From assembly GCF_009914755.1 (NCBI RefSeq), contig NC_060942.1: DNA of 64,000 bases; one strand, 5' to 3'. This DNA is from the human T2T-CHM13v2.0 reference genome, Homo sapiens. The position numbers were made by a program, and so were the translations under genes. The first letter of the stretch is position 1, and each line of letters begins with the position of its first letter. Below, piece after piece: positions 1-9,869 of this stretch. The notes beneath the pieces are model-generated. The model was given only the letters and a program-made list of their open reading frames with translations, was not told where the DNA came from and ran no database searches.

Positions 1-122
1 CTAAGAAACTTCTTTGGGATATATGTACACAACTAACGGAGTTGAATCATTCTATTTATAGATCAGTTTTCAAACGCTCTTTTTATGGAATCTGTAAGTG
101 GATATTCGGATAACTCTGAGGA

Positions 123-139
123 TTTCGTTGGAGACGGGA
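123..139 (+). promoter_or_regulatory. CENP-B box (representative intact site)
   Basis: tTTCGttggAgaCGGGa matches the nTTCGnnnnAnnCGGGn core. Similar intact sites occur at ~1144, ~10257, ~15525 and ~20288. Confidence 0.9.
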
Positions 140-1309
140 TTACATATAAAAAGTAGACAGCAGCATTCTCAGAAGCTTCTTTGTGATGTTTGCTTTTAAG
201 TCACAGAGTTGAACATTCGCATTCATAGAGCAGGTTTGAAACACTCTTTCTGTAGTATCTGGAAGTGGACGTTTCGAGCGCTTTCAGGCTCATGGTGAAA
301 AAGGAAATATCTTCCCATAAAAACTAGACAGAAGGATTCTCAGAAACTTATTTGTGATGTGTGTCCTCAACTAACAGAGTTGAACCTTTCTTTTGATACA
401 GCAGTTTGGAAACACTCTTTTTGTAGAATCTGCAAGTGGATATTTGGATAACTTTGAAGATTTCTTTGGAAACGGGAATATCTTCATGTAAAATCGAGAC
501 AGAAGCATTCTCAGAAACTGCTTTGTGATGTCTGCATTCACGTCACAGGGTTGAACATTCGTTTCATAGAGCAGTTTTGAAACACTCTTTCTGTAGTATC
601 TGGATGTGGACACTTGGACCGCTTTGACACTTACGGTGAAAAAGGAAATATCTTCCCATAAAAACTAGACAGAAGCATTCTCACAAACTGGTTTGTGATG
701 TATGTCCTCAACTAAGAGAGTTGAACCTTTCTATTTACAGAGCAGTTTTGAAAGACTCTATTGGAGAATCTGCAAGTGGATATTTGGAAAGCTTTAAGGA
801 TTTCTTTGGAAACCGGAATATCTTCAGGTAAAATCTAGACAGAGGCTTTCTCAGAAACTTCTTTGTGATGTGTGTCCTAAAGTAACAGAGTACAACCTGT
901 CTTTTGATACAGCAGCTTGGAAACACTCTTTCTGTAGAATCTGCAAGTGGATATTTGGATAGCTGTAGCCATTTCGTTGGAAACGGGAATATCTTCATAT
1001 AAACTCTAGACAGAAGCACTCTCAGAAACTACTTTGTGATATCTGTATTCAAGTCACAGAGTTGAATATTCCCTTTCTTAGAGCAGGTTTGAAGCCGTCT
1101 CTTCGTGGAATCTGCGGGAGGATATTTGGATAACCTTGAGGATTTCGTTGGAAACGGGATTACATATAGAAAGTAGACAGCAGCATTCTAAGAAGCTGCT
1201 TTGTGCTGTTTCCTTTTAAGTCACAGTGTTGAACATTCCCTTACATAGAGCAGGTTTGAAACACTCTTTCGGTAGTATCTGGAAGAGGACATTTCGAGCG
1301 CTTTCAGGC

Positions 1310-1326
1310 CTATGGTGAAAAAGGAA
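1310..1326 (+). promoter_or_regulatory. pJalpha box (representative A-type monomer site)
   Basis: ctatggtgaaaaaggaa sits at the position homologous to the CENP-B box. Confidence 0.75.
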
Positions 1327-3468
1327 ATATCTTCCCATAAAAACTAGACAGAAGCATTCGCAGAAACTTGTTTGTGATGTGTGTCCTCAACTCACAGGGT
1401 TGAACATTTCGTTTGACACAGCAGTTTGGAAACACGCTTTTTGTAGAATCTGCAAGTAGATATTTGGATAGCTTTGTGGATTTCTTTGGAAATGGGAGTA
1501 TCTCCATATAAAACATAGACAGAAACATTCTCACAAACTGCTTCGTGATATCTGCATTCACGTCACAGAGTTGAACATTCCCTTTCATAGAGCAGGTTTG
1601 AAACACTCTTTCTGTAGTATCTGGATGTGGACACTTGGAGCGCTTTGACGCTTACGGTGAAAAAGGAAATATCTTCCCATAAAAACTAGATAGAAGCATT
1701 CTCACAAACTGGTTTGTGATGTAGGTCCTCAACTAACAGAGTACAACCTGTCTTTTGATACAGCAGTATTGAAACACTCTTTCTGTAGAATCTGCAATTG
1801 GATCTTTGGATAGCTCTAACGATTTCGTTGGATAAGGGAATACCTTCATATAAAATCTAGACAGAGGCACTGTCGGAAACTGCTTTGTGATATCTGCATT
1901 CAACTCACAGAGTTGAACATTCCCTTTCTTAGAGCAGGTTTGAAACACTCTTTTTGTAGTATCTGGAAGTGGACATTTGGAGCGCTTTGACGCCTTTGGT
2001 GATAAAGGAAATGTCTTCACATAAAAACTAGACAAAAGCATTCTATGAAACTTCTTTGGGATATATGTACTCAACTAACGGAGTTGAATCATTCTATTTA
2101 TAGATCAGTTTTCAAAAGCTCTTTTTATGCAATCTACAAGTGGATATTCGGATAGCTCTGAGGATTTCGTTGGAGACGGGATTACATATAAAAAGTAGAC
2201 AGCAGCATTCTCAAAAGCTTCTTTGTGATGTTTGCTTTTAAGTCACAGAGTTGAATATTCCCTTCCGTAGAGCAGGCTTGAAACACTCTTTCTGTAGTAT
2301 CTGGAAGTGGACATTTCGAGCGCTTTCAGGCCTGTGTTGAAAAAGGAAACATCTTCCCAAAAAAACTAGACAGAAGCATTCTCAGAAACTTCTTTGTGAT
2401 GTGTGTCCTCAACTAACAGAGTTCAACCTCTCTTATGATACAGCAGTTTGGAAACACTCTTTTGGTAGAATATGCAAGGGGATATTTGGATAGCTCTAAG
2501 TATTTCGTTGGAAACGGGGATATCTTCATATAAAATCTAGACAGAAGCACTCTCAGGAACTACTTCGTGATATCTGCATTCAAGTCACAGAGTTGAATAT
2601 TCCCTTTCTCAGAGCAGGTTTGAAACAGTCTTTTCTTGGAATCTGCAGGAGGATATTTGGATAGCTTTGAGGATTTCGTTGGAAACGGGATTACATATAC
2701 AAAGTAGACAGCAGCATTCTCAGAGGCTTCTTTGTGATGTTTGCTTTTAAGTCACAGAGTTGAACATTCGCATTCATAGAGCAGGTTTGAAACACTCTTT
2801 CTGTAGTATCTGGAAGTGGACGTTTCGTGCGCTTCGACGCCATTGCTGAAAAAGGATATGTCTTCACATAAAAACTAGACAGAAGCATTCTCAGAAACTT
2901 CTTTGGGATATATGTACTCAACTAACGGAGTTGAATCATTCTATTTATAGATCAGTTTTCAAAAGCTCTTTTTATGGAATCTGCAAGTGGATATTCGGAT
3001 AGCTCTGAGGATTTCGTTGGAGACTGGATTACATATATAAAGTAGACAGCAGCATTCTCAGAAGCTTCTTTGTGATGTTTGCTTTTAAGTCACAGAGTTG
3101 AATATTCCCTTCCATAGAGCAGGTCTGAAACACTCTTTCTGTAGTATCTGGATGTGGACACTTGGAGCGCTTTGACGCTTACGGTGAAAAAGGAAATATC
3201 TTCCCATAAAAACTAGACAGAAGCATTCTCAGAAACTTATTTGTGATGTGTGTCCTCAACTAACAGAGTTGAACCTTTCTTTTGATACAGCAGTTTGGAA
3301 ACACTCTTTTTGTAGAATCTGCAAGTGGATATTTGGATAACTTTGAAGATTTCGTTGGAAACGGGAATATCTTCATGTAAAATCGAGACAGAAGCATTCT
3401 CAGAAACTGCTTTGTGATGTCTGCATTCACGTCACGGGATTGAACATTCGCTTTCATAGAGCAGGTTT

Positions 3469-3479
3469 GAAACACTCTT
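3469..3479 (+). other. L1 target-site duplication, left copy (GAAACACTCTT)
   Basis: Identical 11-mer at 4095-4105. The TSD may extend to 13-14 bp (gaaacactcttct vs gaaacactctttct). Confidence 0.85.
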
Positions 3480-4094
3480 CTTTTTTTTTTTTTATTATAC
3501 TCTAAGCTTTAGGGTACATGTGCACATTGTGCAGGTTAGTTACATATGTATACATCTGCCATGCTGGTGCGCTGCACCCACTAATGTGTCATCTAGCATT
3601 AGGCATATCTCCCAATGCTATCCCTCCTCCATCCCCCGACCCCACCACATTCCCCAGAGTGTGACATTCCCCTTCCTGTGTCCATGTGATCTCATTGTTC
3701 AATTCCCACCTATGAGTGAGAATATGCGGTGTTTCGTTTTTTGTTCTTGCGATAGTTTACTGAGAATGATATTTTCCAATTTCATCCATGTCCCTACAAA
3801 TGATATGAACACATCATTTTTTATGGCTGCATAGTATTCCATGGTGTATATGGGCCACATTTCCTTAATCCAGTCTATCATTGTTGGACATTTGGGCTGG
3901 TTCCAAGTCTTTGCTATTGTGAATAGTGCCGCAATAAACATACGTGTGCATGTGTCTTTATAGCACCATGATTTATAGTCCTTTGGGTATATACCCAGTA
4001 ATGGGATGGCTGGGTCAAATGGTATTTCTAGTTCTAGATCCCTGAGGAATCGCCACACTGACTTCCACAATGGTTGAACTACTTTACAATCCCA
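3480..4094 (-). mobile_element. 5'-truncated LINE-1, L1HS Ta subfamily (Ta-0-type alleles), ~615 bp including poly(A)
   Basis: Poly-T at 3481-3493, then the reverse complement of the L1 3'UTR and ORF2 3' end. The sense strand reads GATGACACATTAGTGGG (Ta 'ACA' diagnostic) and CTTAGAGTATAAT (Ta 3'UTR G). ORF2 reads YPKDYKS (Ta-0 type, not Ta-1 YPNEYKS). It is flanked by a direct repeat. Confidence 0.93.
3699..4094 (-). pseudogene. L1 ORF2p C-terminal fragment (~130 aa), non-functional remnant
   Basis: Translation WDCKVVQPLWKSVWRFLRDLELEIPFDPAIPLLGIYPKDYKS...KLSQEQKTKHRIFSLIGGN* matches the human L1 ORF2p C-terminus. The native stop is at 3699-3701. No EN or RT domains are present. Confidence 0.93.
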
Positions 4095-4105
4095 GAAACA
4101 CTCTT
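4095..4105 (+). other. L1 target-site duplication, right copy (GAAACACTCTT)
   Basis: L1 sequence ends at ...acaatccca (4094). Satellite resumes with gaaacactctttctgtag, repeating 3469-3479. Confidence 0.85.
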
Positions 4106-7100
4106 TCTGTAGTATCTTGATGTGGACACTTGGAGCGCTTTGATGCTTACGGTGAAAAAGGAAGTATCTTCCCATAAAAACTACACAGAAGCATTCTCAC
4201 AAAGTGGTTTGTGATGTATGTCCTCAACTAACAGAGTTGAAACTTTCTATTTACAGAGCAGTTTTGAAAGACTCTATTGGAGAATCTGCAAGTGGATATT
4301 TGGAAAGCTTTAAGGATTTCATTGGAAACCGGAATATCTTCAGGTAAAATCCAGACAGAGGCATTCTCAGGAAGTTCTTTGTGATGTGTGTCCTCAAGTA
4401 ACAGAGTAAAACCTGTCTTTTGATACAGCAGTTTGGAAACACTCTTTCTGTAGAATCTGCAAGTGGATATTTGGATAGCTCTAGCTATATCGTTGGAAAC
4501 GGGAATATCTTCATATAAACTCTAGACAGAAGCACTCTCAGAAACTTTGTGATATCTGTATTCAAGTCACAGAGTTGAATATTCCCTTTCTCACAGCAGG
4601 TTTGAAACCGTCTTTTCGTGGAATCTGCAGGAGGATATTTGGATAACTTTGAGGATTTCGTTGGAAACGGGATTACATATACAAAGTAGACAGCAGCATT
4701 CTACGAAGCTGCTTTGTGATGTTTGCTTTTAAGTCACAGAGTTGAACATTCCCTTACAGAGAGCAGGTTTGAAACACTCTTTATGTAGTATCTGGAAGAG
4801 GACATTTCGAGCGCTTTCAGGCCTATGGTGAAAAAGGAAATATCTTCCCATAAAAACTAGACAGAAGCATTCGCAGAAACTTGTTTGTGATATGTGTCCC
4901 AAACTCACAGACTTGAACATTTCGTTTGACAGAGCAGTTTGGAAACACGCTTTTTGTAGAATCTGCAAGTGGATATTTGGATAGCTTTGTGGATTTCGTT
5001 GGAAATGGGAGTATCTTCATATAAAACATAGACAGAAACATTCTCAGAAACTGCTTTGTGATATCTCCATTCACGTCACAGAGTTGAACATTCCCTTTCA
5101 TAGAGCAGGTTTGAAAGACTCTTTCTGTAGTATCTGGATGTGGACACTTGGAGCGCTTTGACGCTTACGGTGAAAAAGGAAATATCTTCCCATAAAAACT
5201 AGACAGAAGCATTCTCACAAACTGGTTTGTGATGTAGGTCCTCAACTAACAGAGTACAACCTGTCTTTTGATACAGCAGTATTGAAACACTCTTTCTGTA
5301 GAATCTGCAATTGGATATTTGGATAGCTCTAACGATTTCGTTGGAAACGGGAATACTTTAATATAAAATCTAGACAGAGGCACTCTCAGAAACTGCTTTG
5401 TGATATGTCAATTCAAGTCACAGAGTTGAACATTCCCTTTCTTAGAGCAGGTTTGAAACACTCTTTTTGTAGTATCTGGAAGTGGACATTTGGAGCGCTT
5501 TTACGCCTTTGGTGATAAAGGAAATGTCTTCACATAAAAACTAGACAGAAGCATTCTAAGAAACTTCTTTGGGATATATGTACTCAACTAACCGAGTTGA
5601 ACCTTGCTCTTTATAGATCAGCTTTTTAATGCTCTTTTTGTGGAATCTGCAAGTGGATATTCGGATAGCTCTGAGGATTTCGTTGGAGACGGTATTACAT
5701 ATAAAAAGTACACAGCAGCATTCTCAGAAGCTTCTTTGTGATGTTTGCTTTTAAGTCACAGAGTTGAATATTCCCTTCCATAGAGCAGGCTTGAAACACT
5801 CTTTCTGTAGTATCTGGAAGTGGACATTTCGAGCGCTTTCAGGCCTGTGTTGAAAAAGGAAACATCTTCCCAAAAAAACTAGACAGAAGCATTCTCAGAA
5901 ACTTCTTTGTGATGTGTGTCCTCAACTAACAGAGTTCAACCTCTCTTATGATACAGCAGTTTGGAAACACGCTTTTGGTAGAATATGCAATTGGATATTT
6001 GGATAGCTCTAAGTATTTCGTTGGAAACGGGGATATCTTCATACAAAATCTAGACAGAAGCACTCTCAGAAACTACTTTGTGATATCTGCATTCAAGTCA
6101 CAGAGTTGAACATTCCCATTCATAGAGCAGGTTTGAAACACTCTTTCTGTAGTATCTGAAAGTGGACATTTCGAGCGCTTTCAGGGCTACGTTGAAAAAG
6201 GAAACATCTTCCCATAAAAACTAGACAGTAGCATTCTCAGAAACTTATTTGTGATGTGTGTCCTCAACTAACAGTGTTGAACCTTTCTTTTGATTCAGCA
6301 GTTTGGAAACACTCTTTTTGTAGAATCTGCAAGTGGATATTTGGAAAACTTTGAAGATTTCATTGGATACGGGAATATCTTCATGTAAAATCGAGAAAGA
6401 AGCACTCTCAGAAACTGCTTTGTGATGTCTGCATTCACGTCACGGGATTGAACATTCGCTTTCATAGAGCAGGTTTGAAACACTCTTTCTGTAGTATCTG
6501 GATGTGGACACTTGGAGCGCTTTGACGCTTACGGTGAAAAAGGAAATATCTTCCCATAAAAACCAGACAGAAGCATTCTCACAAACTGGTTTGTGATGTA
6601 TGTCCTCAACTAAGAGGGTTGTACCTTTCTATTTACAGAGCAGTTTTGAAAGACTCTATTGGAGAATCTGCAAGTGTATATTTGGAAAGCTTTAAGGATT
6701 TCATTGGAAACCGGAATATCTTCAGGTAAAATCTAGACAGAGGCATTCTCAGAAACTTCTATGTGATGTGTGTCCTCAACTAACAGAGTTCAGCCTTTGT
6801 TATGATACAGCAGTTTGGAAACACTCTTTTTGTACTATCAGGAAGTGGACTTTTGGAGCGCTTTGACACCTTTAGTGATAAAGAAATGTCTTCCCATAAA
6901 AACACGATGGAAGCATTCTAAGAAAATTCTTTGGTATATATGTACTCAACTAACAGAGTTGAACCTTTCTATTTATAGATCAGTCTTGAAAAGCTCTTTT
7001 CGTGGAATCTGCAAGTGAATCTTAGGATAGCTCTGAGGATTTCGTTGGAAAGGGTATTACATATAAAAGTAGACAGCAGCATTCTAAGAATCTTCTTTGT

Positions 7101-7166
7101 GATGTTTGCTTTTAAGTCACAGAGTTCAACATTCCCTTCCATAGAGCCGGTTTGAAACCCTTTTTT

Positions 7167-9263
7167 TGTAGTATCTGGAAGTGGACATTTCGAGCACTTT
7201 CAGGCCTATGGTGAAAAAGGAAATATCTTCCCATAAAAGCAATACAGAAGCATTCCCAGAAACTTCGTTATGATGTGTGTCCTCAGCTAACAGAGTTGAA
7301 CCTTTCTAATTACAGAGCAGATTTGAAAGACGCTTTTTGGAGAATCTGCAAGTGGATATTTGGAGAGCTTTAAGGATTTCTTTGGAAACCGGAATATCTT
7401 CAGGTAAAATCTAGACGGTGGCATTCTCAGAAACTTCTTTGTGATGTGTGTCCTCAACTAACAGAGTTCAACTTTCTTATGATACAGCAGTTTGGAAACA
7501 CTCTTTATGTAGAATTTGCAAGTAGATATTTGGATAGCTCTATTTTGTTGGAAACGGGCATAACTTCATATAAAATCTAGACAGAAGCACTCTCAGAAAC
7601 TACTTTGTGATATCTGCATTCAACTCACAGAGTTCAATATTCCCTTTCTTAGACCAGGTTTGAAACCGTCTTTTCGTGGAATCTGCAGGAGGATATTTGG
7701 ATAGGTTTGAGGATTTCGGTGGAAACACGATTTCATATACAAAGTAGACAGCAGCATTCTCAGAAGCTTCTTTGTGATGTTTGCTTTTAAGTCACAAAGT
7801 TGAAAATTCCCTTTCATAGAGGAGGTTTCAAACACTCTTTCTGTAGTATCTGGAAGTGGACATTTCGAGCACTTTCAGGCCTATGGTGAAAAAGGAAATA
7901 TCTTCCCATAAAAGCAATACAGAAGCATTCCCAGAAACTTCGTTATGATGTGTGTCCTCAGCTAACAGAGTTGAACCTTTCTAATTACAGAGCAGATTTG
8001 AAAGACGCTTTTTGGAGAATCTGCAAGTGGATATTTGGAGAGCTTTAAGGATTTCTTTGGAAACCGGAATATCTTCAGGTAAAATCTAGACGGTGGCATT
8101 CTCAGAAACTTCTTTGTGATGTGTGTCCTCAACTAACAGAGTTCAACTTTCTTATGATACAGCAGTTTGGAAACACTCTTTATGTAGAATTTGCAAGTAG
8201 ATATTTGGATAGCTCTATTTTGTTGGAAACGGGCATAACTTCATATAAAATCTAGACAGAAGCACTCTCAGAAACTACTTTGTGATATCTGCATTCAACT
8301 CACAGAGTTCAATATTCCCTTTCTTAGACCAGGTTTGAAACCGTCTTTTCGTGGAATCTGCAGGAGGATATTTGGATAGGTTTGAGGATTTCGGTGGAAA
8401 CACGATTTCATATACAAAGTAGACAGCAGCATTCTCAGAAGCTTCTTTGTGATGTTTGCTTTTAAGTCACAAAGTTGAAAATTCCCTTTCATAGAGGAGG
8501 TTTCAAACACTCTTTCTGTAGTATCTGGAAGTGGACATTTCGAGCACTTTCAGGCCTATGGTGAAAAAGGAAATATCTTCCCATAAAAGCAATACAGAAG
8601 CATTCCCAGAAACTTCGTTATGATGTGTGTCCTCAGCTAACAGAGTTGAACCTTTCTAATTACAGAGCAGATTTGAAAGACGCTTTTTGGAGAATCTGCA
8701 AGTGGATATTTGGAGAGCTTTAAGGATTTCTTTGGAAACCGGAATATCTTCAGGTAAAATCTAGACGGTGGCATTCTCAGAAACTTCTTTGTGATGTGTG
8801 TCCTCAACTAACAGAGTTCAACTTTCTTATGATACAGCAGTTTGGAAACACTCTTTATGTAGAATTTGCAAGTAGATATTTGGATAGCTCTATTTTGTTG
8901 GAAACGGGCATAACTTCATATAAAATCTAGACAGAAGCACTCTCAGAAACTACTTTGTGATATCTGCATTCAACTCACAGAGTTCAATATTCCCTTTCTT
9001 AGACCAGGTTTGAAACCGTCTTTTCGTGGAATCTGCAGGAGGATATTTGGATAGGTTTGAGGATTTCGGTGGAAACACGATTTCATATACAAAGTAGACA
9101 GCAGCATTCTCAGAAGCTTCTTTGTGATGTTTGCTTTTAAGTCACAAAGTTGAAAATTCCCTTTCATAGAGGAGGTTTCAAACACTCTTTCTGTAGTATC
9201 TGGAAGTGGACATTTCGAGCACTTTCAGGCCTATGGTGAAAAAGGAAATATCTTCCCATAAAA
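7167..9263 (+). repeat. Local tandem triplication of a 675-bp 4-monomer unit (~3.1 copies)
   Basis: Identical 71-aa ORFs at 7620, 8295 and 8970 give a period of 675. Private markers (aaaagcaatacagaagcattccc, ctagacggtggc, ggaaacacga) recur three times. Confidence 0.95.
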
Positions 9264-9869
9264 ACTAGACAGAAGCATTCGCAGAAACTTGTTTGTAATG
9301 TGTGTCCTCAACTCACAGAGTTGAACATTTCGTTCGAGAGATCAGTTTGGAAACACTCTTTTTGTAGAATCTGAAAGTGGATATTTGGATAGCTTTGTGG
9401 ATTTCGATGGAAACGGGAGTATCTTCATACAAAACCTAAGCAGAAATATTCTAAGAAACTGCTTTGTGATATCTGCATTCACGTCACAGAGTTGAACATT
9501 CCCTTTGATAGAGCAGGTTTGAAACACTCTTTCTGTAGTGTCTGGATGTGGACACTTTGAGCGCTTTGACGCTTACGGTGAAAAAGGAAATATCTTCCCA
9601 TAAAAACTAGAGAGAAGCATTCGCTGAAACTTCTTTGTGATGTGTGTCCTCAACTAACAGAGTTGAACCTTTCTATTTACAGAACAGTTTTCAAAGACTC
9701 TTTTTGGAGAATCTGCAAGTGGATATTGGGATAGCTTTAAGGATTTCATTGGAAACCGGAATATCTTCAGGTAAAATCTAGCCAGAGGCATTCTCAGAAA
9801 CTTCTTCGTGATGTGTGTCCTCAACTAACAGAGTACAACCTGTCTTTTGATACAGCAGTTTGGAAACAA

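Larger units (their letters stand above)
1..9869 (+). repeat. Divergent, irregular alpha-satellite HOR layer derived from the same 10-mer ancestor
   Basis: Largely the same monomer types as the downstream array, in irregular order and with several percent divergence between paralogous blocks (blocks starting near ~340, ~3225 and ~6235). It does not match at the 14,627-bp period. Confidence 0.85.

Noticed and set aside
3520-3834. 104-aa plus-strand ORF
   Set aside because: It is the antisense reading of the L1 3'UTR and ORF2 end, common to L1 copies.
3480-4094. Active or full-length L1, 5' inversion, or 3' transduction
   Set aside because: Only ~600 bp of the 3' end is present, colinear, with poly(A) directly against the TSD. 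There is no 5'UTR, ORF1, EN or RT.
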